Part shown: positions 56,542 through 64,000 of the stretch, in pieces
Position numbering within the stretch: position 1 is the first letter of the stretch
Layout: every line of letters begins with the position of its first letter
Assembly (NCBI GenBank): GCA_020847635.1
Contig: JADLBQ010000051.1
Location: 2,975-66,974, forward strand
Reading direction: 5' to 3'
DNA: 64,000 nucleotides
Source of the DNA: Bacteroidia bacterium
GTDB taxonomy: Bacteria; Bacteroidota; Bacteroidia; AKYH767-A; OLB10
Notes under the pieces: generated by a model
Database searches by the model: none
What the model was told of the DNA's origin: nothing
What the model saw: the letters and a program-made list of their open reading frames with translations, nothing else
Position numbers and translations under genes: made by a program

Positions 56542-57561
56542 ATGAAAAGAATAGCCTTATTCCTGTCCCTCTATTTTGTTATAATAACCAGTTCTTTTTC
56601 ACAAACAACTTTCGAAATAGATGTTGCAGCCGGTGTAACTAATTATTTTGGAGACCTAGGTAACGAACGGGTATTACAAACCACCTCAACCAATCCCGGA
56701 GTGGCTATTACCTTCCGTAATCTGATGACCAGAGGTGAATTAACCGGTTATCAATACAATCCTCTGTCATATGAAGTACGTCTTTCATGGCATCGCCTTG
56801 GATATGATGAAACAAAAGCTATTGGCGGAATGGATGGCTTCGAACTACGCAATTATGGAAGAGGGTTAAATTTCAGGAATGATGTATTTGGTGCATCTGC
56901 ACATATAACCTACACATTTTATCATAACAGGAGACTTCCTCTTTATAATCAGCCAGCAGTGATGTACTTATTTGCAGGAGCTGGTGCATTCTTCGGAAAA
57001 CCAAAGGCTGATTTGTTCCGGGGAGATATTCATCTGGAAAACCGCTATTACTTCTGGCCGGATGGTACAACGCGAGACATGCCTTATAATGCCGGATATG
57101 GCAATATAATCAAGAAAGACGGTGTTTATGAAACTGACCTTTCAAAGTGGGTAACTGAAACCGGGCAGGGATCCGGAGAAACTGCTGGTAAGTCTAAATA
57201 TGCGCACACTCACCTTGCCATTCCTTTCGGGTTTGGATTCCGGTTAGGCGTTAGCCGCCTGTTAACTGCCTCACTTGAATTCGGATATTACTACTTTTTT
57301 ACTGACTCTCTGGATGATGTCAGTGATGCTTATTTAACGTACTCTGACCTTGACCGCCTATTCCCCAATGATCCTGAAATGCAGAAACTGGCCATGTATA
57401 TTTCTGACCCTACAGGATACGGAACCAATGGTTTCCCGGGTCCGGCAACAAGCCCCAGAGGTAATCCAAAAAAGAATGATGCCTATAGTTTTATAAATCT
57501 CGGTCTGGCTTATAAATTCAAATTAAGTTCTGAAAAAATCAGATTCCTGGGGCGGAAATGA
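56542..57561 (+). CDS. outer-membrane beta-barrel protein (DUF6089-like)
   Basis: Signal peptide, N-terminal FEIDVAAGVTNYFGDLG and a C-terminal LGLAYKF strand. Confidence 0.6.
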   Translation: MKRIALFLSLYFVIITSSFSQTTFEIDVAAGVTNYFGDLGNERVLQTTSTNPGVAITFRNLMTRGELTGYQYNPLSYEVRLSWHRLGYDETKAIGGMDGFELRNYGRGLNFRNDVFGASAHITYTFYHNRRLPLYNQPAVMYLFAGAGAFFGKPKADLFRGDIHLENRYYFWPDGTTRDMPYNAGYGNIIKKDGVYETDLSKWVTETGQGSGETAGKSKYAHTHLAIPFGFGFRLGVSRLLTASLEFGYYYFFTDSLDDVSDAYLTYSDLDRLFPNDPEMQKLAMYISDPTGYGTNGFPGPATSPRGNPKKNDAYSFINLGLAYKFKLSSEKIRFLGRK

Positions 57562-57585
57562 AATGCTACTCACTCTTATAAAAGC

Positions 57586-60500
57586 TTAGTCGCTGATGTA
57601 TTTTGGCAACTGAATAAAAAAGGTGGTACCCTCACCTGATTTTGTTTCAAACCAAATCTTCCCATTGCTATTATCAATAATGCTTTTCACCATTGCCAGA
57701 CCCAAGCCTGTACCTCCGGATTTTGTTGTAAAATTTGGTACAAAAATTTTATCTGTTTTATCCGGTGCAATTCCGGTTCCGTTATCTGACACGGACAACA
57801 AAACATTTGTTTCGTCATGGTCAATCCGGATTATTATCTCACCTTTCTTGCTATCAGGTATTGCCTGAATTGCGTTTTTCAGCAGGTTTGACATGACTCT
57901 TAGCATTTGTTCTTTATCAGCGTTTACTTCTGCTTCACCGTCTGTATGATCCTCAACCCGGATCGTGACAGGCGAAAATTCATGGTATAAGTTAACGGTA
58001 TTCTGAATAATCTGCCGGATATTAACTGCTCCAAACTGAGCACCCGGCATACTGGCAAAATTTGAAAATGCAGTTGCAATTCCCGAAAGCGTATCAATCT
58101 GGTCAACTAATGATCGGGTAAACTTATTGATTGTATCTTCCAGGTTCTCCTGATTGTCTTTCCAGGTCCGTTGCAGGTGCTGAACATTCAGTTTCATGGG
58201 AGTTAATGGATTTTTAATTTCATGAGCTACTTGCCTTGCCATTTCCCGCCATGCACTTTCTCTTTCTGATTTTGCCAGTTGTTTTGCACTTGTTGCCAAC
58301 TGATCTATCATCCGATTATATTCATTTATGAGTGCTCCGATTTCATCTTTTCTTTTCCAGATAATCGGTTCATTGGTTTTTCCCAGTTTAACACGGCTCA
58401 TGTTTGCCTGAATAACTCTTAATGGCTTGGTAATTCTGCCTGATACAAAAAATGTAATCAGCACAGTCAGTACAAACAGAAATACATAAATATTGATAAG
58501 TGCTACAAGAAAGGTTGAAATTTCCTTTTTTAACTCACTTCCTCTTGAAAAATAGGGCAGATTCAGGTAGCCTATTACTTTATTGTTATTATCTCTGATT
58601 GCCGAATATCCGGTAAGAAACCCAAGCTTCCCAATGCTCTCATAGCTTATATAAGTAGAACTGCTTGTTCTATCAAAATCACGAAGCACATTCATATTCA
58701 TTACGGGGGCAATGATCTGCTGTTCGAAAAGTTTAGGTTGAGTACTGAAAACTTTAAAGCCCTCTTGGTTAAAAATGGTAAAGTCAATACTTGTATAATT
58801 ATAAAGACTATAAAACCGGTAGTTTAAATTCTCACTTTGCAGCCTGTCGGCAGGCATAGATGCAATCTCACGTGTAATTAGCTGGTTTAATGAAGCTACC
58901 CGCTCTTTAAGCTTGTTATTCTGGGTAATGGAGTAATTGTTAATAATATAAACTACAGTACTGACTCCAAGCGTAAGCATGGTCAGAATGACAATAGTCA
59001 TAACAGACATCTGAACCCTAATATTAAAATTAATGACCGGACGGAAGTGTTGTTGCCACAATTTATAGGCAACAAACAGAAAAGAAAATACAACAACAAA
59101 GAAGGTAAATATGTAAGAAAACAAAGTAATCATTTCCAGCAAGCCGGGCAATACCTTGCTGACTATGATCAGGCTGTCATAAGATGGCCGGTAAAAAAGA
59201 TGCGATACCCCGTTAATTTCTACGGTATTTTCTGATTCGTTTGCCGGTATATACTCCTTGTATGATTCTGCAGTAAGCGGATATGAGAAATTTCCAAATT
59301 GATTAATTAGTTCATTTTTAAGATAGCGCGCATAGGAATAGTTTGAAATATCACGGTTTACCTGAATCTTATTACTGATCAACAAATCGGGATATCCGGA
59401 TTCATCTCTAATGTACCTTGAAGACATCTCAATAATCATAGTACCAATTGTACTATCCGGCACTATTGCAGAATAAATACTGATTTTACCTATATAAGAA
59501 ACCCTTCCCGGCTGATCGTTTATAAAATATAATCCTGACACCCTGGTTGGCAATCCTTTGTTTGCAATCAGATTTTCATAATAATCAATATTCCAGGTTG
59601 GGTCGCCACCGGTATTGATGGGCAGGCTTTCATTTTTAAATGATTTAATCAGAATGTCATATTTTCTCCAGTATCCGGTAAAATATTTCTGCAACATCCG
59701 GTTCTGAAGTACATCTCCCTGTGCAGCCATAGCAAGTAATTCAGAATAGGTAGAAGAGAAGTAATTATAAATAAACTGGTCTTCTTTAACACCTGTCACC
59801 ACTTCATCATAAAGATGCTCGGCAATGGCATCCTGGATATTTTCAAGTTTTGATGCTAACGCTATTCTGTCCTGTAATTCCCGAATATTGTTAAAATCAT
59901 AAATGGACTGTGCTGCAAACAGCGAAAAGAGAAATATAAATGCAATACCAAATGTATAGTTCACTATCCGTTTGCTCCTAATCCGGATTACTGTTGTCCC
60001 CAGAATGACCAGATTAGCCATGATGAATGCATTGATTCCATAATGGGCAAACAACTCAACATCTTTAGTCAGGATTAAGATACCCAGAAAGAGTCCTTGA
60101 GATAAAAGAAAGAAGGCAATGAGTGCCGGATATTTGATCCGGCTGTTCAATGCATATCGCACACTTCCGTCACAAACCATGTAGAATGTAAACAGAAGAA
60201 CCCCGATAATAAAGAACCCCACTAATGAAAAACCAGTGAGTTCAAAAATGTTATTAATATTAAAGGATATTCTTGAATGAATAATCAGGCTGCTTAAAAG
60301 GTAGTTAATTAAAACAGAAAAAATAAAGGTAAATAGCCAGGTGAGAATGATTCGTATAGATACATAGTGCTTATTTTTACCTGCCGAACCCAGTAAAATG
60401 CGAGAATCATAATAAAAGTAAAGAGTCATGATGACATAACACATGACCAGGGTGCTGATTAATAATTCGCCCAGTGAAAACAGCATATAGCTGCTTGCAT

Positions 60501-61338
60501 AATACTTTGGATCAAACAAGGGAAGATCGTACAAGGCTGAAGGTATTTTGTAAATACCTGCTATTAGCCGGAAAATCACTGCAGCAACAATCATTAACAA
60601 CCCGATAACCGGTTTGGTCTTAAGTACCCATCGTGTAGCTAAGAAAAAAAATACAATCATTAGCAAAACCGATATCAGTGCAAAAATTCCTGCCCTTGAT
60701 GTGTTGTCTTCTGTTGTCTGTCTTTCTGAATAAGGAATAAAAGATAGAGAGAATAATAAATTTCCTGACGAACTAAAAACAGGAAAAATTTTCTCACTCT
60801 TAACCAGGCTGATATTAGTTTTCGGAGGTAACCCAAATCTTGGATTGAAATCATTAACCAGGTACTGATTTTCGATTGCATACTGGCTTTTAAGCAACAT
60901 CAGAGCTACCAGGGTTTTTCTCTTATCCTTTCGAATAAAAACTTCATAGAGGCCATTGCCTGCCTGAATTGCAGTCTCATTACCCGATCGGCTAAGTACT
61001 TCGTATGTGAGAATTACCTGGTTATCTGACCAATAATAAAGTGAGTCTTCATAAAATGCTAAAACCGTAAAGCCGTTAATATCTTGAAGCAGGTTGTTCA
61101 GGTAATCCCGGTCAGTAGTTGTAAAAACAGGAGATGAAAAATATCTTTTTTCAACAGGAGTTAAAAACCGGTTAATCCTTTCTTCTTCTTCCTGAATTTT
61201 TTTTTCAGCCTGCTTGCTGATATTATTGTAATTAGTCTCCTTCCGAATCTGTTCATTCCTGAGAATTTCTGATACAATACCTGCTACCAGTGCTATAAGT
61301 AGAACCAGGAAATAGCCGAATGGAATCTTCTTTTTCAC
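57586..61338 (-). CDS. large multi-TM sensor histidine kinase (NtrY-like HAMP-HisKA-HATPase core)
   Basis: 1250 aa. Several TM blocks separated by two large extracytoplasmic regions, a HAMP-like segment, H-box HEIKNPLTPM, and N/G boxes (NLLKNAIQA, DNGTGI, GGTGLGL). Confidence 0.88.
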   Translation of the reverse strand: MKKKIPFGYFLVLLIALVAGIVSEILRNEQIRKETNYNNISKQAEKKIQEEEERINRFLTPVEKRYFSSPVFTTTDRDYLNNLLQDINGFTVLAFYEDSLYYWSDNQVILTYEVLSRSGNETAIQAGNGLYEVFIRKDKRKTLVALMLLKSQYAIENQYLVNDFNPRFGLPPKTNISLVKSEKIFPVFSSSGNLLFSLSFIPYSERQTTEDNTSRAGIFALISVLLMIVFFFLATRWVLKTKPVIGLLMIVAAVIFRLIAGIYKIPSALYDLPLFDPKYYASSYMLFSLGELLISTLVMCYVIMTLYFYYDSRILLGSAGKNKHYVSIRIILTWLFTFIFSVLINYLLSSLIIHSRISFNINNIFELTGFSLVGFFIIGVLLFTFYMVCDGSVRYALNSRIKYPALIAFFLLSQGLFLGILILTKDVELFAHYGINAFIMANLVILGTTVIRIRSKRIVNYTFGIAFIFLFSLFAAQSIYDFNNIRELQDRIALASKLENIQDAIAEHLYDEVVTGVKEDQFIYNYFSSTYSELLAMAAQGDVLQNRMLQKYFTGYWRKYDILIKSFKNESLPINTGGDPTWNIDYYENLIANKGLPTRVSGLYFINDQPGRVSYIGKISIYSAIVPDSTIGTMIIEMSSRYIRDESGYPDLLISNKIQVNRDISNYSYARYLKNELINQFGNFSYPLTAESYKEYIPANESENTVEINGVSHLFYRPSYDSLIIVSKVLPGLLEMITLFSYIFTFFVVVFSFLFVAYKLWQQHFRPVINFNIRVQMSVMTIVILTMLTLGVSTVVYIINNYSITQNNKLKERVASLNQLITREIASMPADRLQSENLNYRFYSLYNYTSIDFTIFNQEGFKVFSTQPKLFEQQIIAPVMNMNVLRDFDRTSSSTYISYESIGKLGFLTGYSAIRDNNNKVIGYLNLPYFSRGSELKKEISTFLVALINIYVFLFVLTVLITFFVSGRITKPLRVIQANMSRVKLGKTNEPIIWKRKDEIGALINEYNRMIDQLATSAKQLAKSERESAWREMARQVAHEIKNPLTPMKLNVQHLQRTWKDNQENLEDTINKFTRSLVDQIDTLSGIATAFSNFASMPGAQFGAVNIRQIIQNTVNLYHEFSPVTIRVEDHTDGEAEVNADKEQMLRVMSNLLKNAIQAIPDSKKGEIIIRIDHDETNVLLSVSDNGTGIAPDKTDKIFVPNFTTKSGGTGLGLAMVKSIIDNSNGKIWFETKSGEGTTFFIQLPKYISD

Positions 61339-61557
61339 GAAATTTTGTTTGTTCAGAATGGGATAAAAGTAGTACTTACCAATACTTCTCCTCTGAATTT
61401 TTACCTGAACTTTTCACCGATCCGGGTGATTTATTACGTTGAAATGAATAGATAGGTTCTTAAATGAAAGGACTTTATCCTTATTTTCAGGAATCCTGTT
61501 TAATCTATTTAATTTTGGCTGACAACAAAATGAACTTTGTTTTTAACTGGTCAGTTT

Positions 61558-61938
61558 ATGCGATTAGGTACTTTTAAGAAAGAGGAACGGCTTTGCAGCA
61601 AGAAAGAAATTTCTCTCTTGTTTGAACAAGGGAAAACTCTTTCAGTACCCAGCCTGCGATTGATCTGGGTGGAAACGCAAAGCCCTGATATGCCATTAAA
61701 AGCCGGATTTTCGGTGTCAAAACGAAACTTTAAAAAAGCATCTGAGCGTAATCGTATCCGTAGGCTAATGCGTGAAACCTACCGGTTGAATAAAAATGTC
61801 TTAACCAGGCAACTGGCGGAAAGAAAGAAAGGTCTTTCCTGTATGTTTATTTATTCTTCACAAGAGTTACCCTCTTTTCACAAGATACAGGACAAAATAG
61901 TTTTACTTTTACATCGTTTATCCCAAATACATGCGTAG
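61558..61938 (+). CDS. rnpA: ribonuclease P protein component
   Basis: [18 protein letters not shown] is the RnpA RNR motif. Start is probably ATG 61558 rather than the listed TTG 61537. Confidence 0.88.
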   Translation: MRLGTFKKEERLCSKKEISLLFEQGKTLSVPSLRLIWVETQSPDMPLKAGFSVSKRNFKKASERNRIRRLMRETYRLNKNVLTRQLAERKKGLSCMFIYSSQELPSFHKIQDKIVLLLHRLSQIHA

Positions 61939-62152
61939 AGCGATTGTTCATATTTTAGTACTTCCGATTAAATGTTATAAAAGTTTTATTTCTCCCTTTC
62001 TACCGGGGGCCTGCCGTTTTGAACCAACGTGTTCTGAATATGCTGTTCAGGCTTTAAAAAAATATGGTCCGCTGAAAGGGCTCTACCTGTCTTTTCGGAG
62101 AGTACTTTCCTGTCATCCCTGGGGAAAGCATGGATATGACCCCGTTCCTTAA
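61931..62152 (+). CDS. yidD: membrane protein insertion efficiency factor YidD
   Basis: 73 aa with [11 protein letters not shown] and [12 protein letters not shown]. Confidence 0.93.
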   Translation: MRRAIVHILVLPIKCYKSFISPFLPGACRFEPTCSEYAVQALKKYGPLKGLYLSFRRVLSCHPWGKHGYDPVP

Positions 62153-62172
62153 TCTGTTTATTTTTAAACTAT

Positions 62173-63873
62173 ATGATAAAATCATTTTTCCGAAAGTTCA
62201 GACTCTGGATTATTGCTGCTTCACTCTTCCTGGCTTCTGTTACCGCAATCAGTTTTTCAGAAGACTACTTTGAAATATCACGTAACATAGATATTTTCGT
62301 TACCCTCTTCCGGGAGTTGAATGCGAACTATGTAGATGACATCCAGCCCGGCACATTAATAAAAAAAGGGATTGATTCAATGCTTGAATCACTTGATCCC
62401 TATACCAATTATATTCCTGAATCAGATATTGAGGATTACCGGTTCATGACTACCGGTCAATATGGAGGAATCGGTGCACTTATTGGTCAACGCAACGATG
62501 AAGTTATTATTACTGAACCTTATGAGGGCTTTCCTGCTCAGAAAGCAGGTTTAATGGCTGGAGATGTGTTAGTTGAGATTGACAGCAAATCTCTTACCGG
62601 CAAGAAAAGTGATGATGTCAGCAAGATTCTTAAAGGTCAGCCAAGCACAACCGTTAAAATAAAAATCAGACGACCTGGCGAAACCGAATTGATTGAAAAA
62701 ACGGTAACCAGAGAAGAGATTAAGATTAACAATGTGCCATTCAGTGGAATTGTTTCTGATGACATTGGTTATATTAGGTTAACCGGTTTTACTGAAAATG
62801 CAGGAATGGAAGTTAAGAATGCATTAATTGATCTAAAATCAAAAAAAGAATTGAAGGGTGTTGTACTTGATTTGCGTGGAAATCCGGGCGGATTGTTACA
62901 CGAGGCTGTAAATATTGTTAATATCTTTTCACCTAAAGGCGTTGAAGTTGTGACTACAAAAGGTAAGATTAAGGAAGCCGACAAAACCTATAAAACCTTA
63001 AGCAATCCGGTAGATGCCGAAATTCCAGTTGCTGTGCTGGTAAACAGCATGTCAGCCTCTGCATCAGAGATTGTTTCAGGTGCTATTCAGGATATGGATC
63101 GGGGAATTATTATTGGTCAACGAACTTTCGGAAAAGGCTTAGTACAGAATACCCGGCCACTGAGCTATAATGCTCAGCTGAAAGTTACAACAGCCAAGTA
63201 CTATATTTCAAGCGGAAGATGCATCCAGGCTCTTGATTACTCTCACCGGAAGGATGATGGAAGTGTAGGTAAAATTCCAGATTCACTTATCTCAGAATTC
63301 AAAACCAAAAGCGGCCGCATTGTTTATGATGGAGGTGGGATAATTCCTGATTATATCACTCCAATCCGGCCAGCCAGTCCATTACTTCAGGCTCTGGTCA
63401 GTAAATACCTGATTTTTGATTATGCTACTGAATTCCGTCAAAAGCATTTCTCTATTGCAGATGCAAGAAGTTTCAAACTAACAGACGAAGAGTTTGATGC
63501 TTTTGTAAAGTGGCTTGGTACTAAAGAATATGATTACAGTACAAAGAGCGAAAAGCTGCTTGAGTCGCTTAAAAGTTATGCTGAGAAAGAAAAATACTTT
63601 GATGCGGTTGAGCCCGAATATGAGCAGCTTCATAAAAAAATGATGCATGACAAAACGAGAGATCTTTATAAATACAAAGAAGAGATTGTTGAGATTCTGC
63701 AGAATGAGATTGCATCAAGATATTATTATCAGAATGGCCGTGTTGAGTCAGGATTTGCATTTGATATTGAACTAAAGAAAGCTATTGAAGCACTCCATAA
63801 TCCTGAAATCTATAAAACAATATTTAACCGGCCGGCTGTTAAAAATCCTCCGGTAGAAGAAATAGAAGAATAA
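62173..63873 (+). CDS. S41 family C-terminal processing peptidase with PDZ domain
   Basis: 566 aa. PDZ region (GFPAQKAGLMAGDVLVEID), DLRGNPGG, catalytic SASASE (Ser) and TFGKG (Lys). Confidence 0.9.
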   Translation: MIKSFFRKFRLWIIAASLFLASVTAISFSEDYFEISRNIDIFVTLFRELNANYVDDIQPGTLIKKGIDSMLESLDPYTNYIPESDIEDYRFMTTGQYGGIGALIGQRNDEVIITEPYEGFPAQKAGLMAGDVLVEIDSKSLTGKKSDDVSKILKGQPSTTVKIKIRRPGETELIEKTVTREEIKINNVPFSGIVSDDIGYIRLTGFTENAGMEVKNALIDLKSKKELKGVVLDLRGNPGGLLHEAVNIVNIFSPKGVEVVTTKGKIKEADKTYKTLSNPVDAEIPVAVLVNSMSASASEIVSGAIQDMDRGIIIGQRTFGKGLVQNTRPLSYNAQLKVTTAKYYISSGRCIQALDYSHRKDDGSVGKIPDSLISEFKTKSGRIVYDGGGIIPDYITPIRPASPLLQALVSKYLIFDYATEFRQKHFSIADARSFKLTDEEFDAFVKWLGTKEYDYSTKSEKLLESLKSYAEKEKYFDAVEPEYEQLHKKMMHDKTRDLYKYKEEIVEILQNEIASRYYYQNGRVESGFAFDIELKKAIEALHNPEIYKTIFNRPAVKNPPVEEIEE

Positions 63874-63878
63874 CTTAT

Positions 63879-64000
<122 letters not shown>

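Overview
This window reads as a chromosomal segment from a member of the phylum Bacteroidota. The evidence is a T9SS C-terminal sorting domain, a ribosomal protein THX gene, DUF3098 and IPExxxVDY family genes, and many TAnnTTTG '-7' promoter boxes placed correctly upstream of genes. Genus cannot be assigned from sequence alone. The window is densely coding and mostly core housekeeping. It includes pyk, the yceD-rpmF-plsX-fabH-accB-accC lipid cluster, fumC, glnS-folB, mutS, pheS, radA, rnpA-yidD, truB-uppP-DUF3098-ftsX, panD and the 3' end of glmS. RNA genes are four tRNAs: two tandem tRNA-Cys(GCA), one tRNA(CAT) and one tRNA-Asn(GTT). I found no rRNA, CRISPR array, transposase, integrase, phage gene or recognisable defence system, and I see no unambiguous novel system. 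The best candidates for unexplored biology follow. (1) A tightly coupled four-gene exported operon at 50368-52621 (CxxCH lipoprotein, OB-fold protein, YceI, small beta-barrel), with an identical 12-mer upstream of both it and the divergent tonB. (2) A Wzc-like protein whose kinase motifs are degenerate, next to an unknown protein (37688-40768). (3) A full-length aldehyde dehydrogenase followed by a paralogue lacking the catalytic domain (3292-5719). (4) An overlap-coupled panD / MprF-TM-like / cytidylyltransferase trio (52736-54584). (5) A tandem tRNA-Cys pair whose first copy has a C33 anticodon loop. (6) A 1557-aa T9SS cargo protein with an orphan proprotein-convertase P-domain. (7) Promoter boxes abutting start codons, suggesting leaderless mRNAs. 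A 37-codon ribosomal protein THX gene, missing from the ORF track, was found by direct reading. All functional calls rest on motif recognition by eye; no database search was possible.
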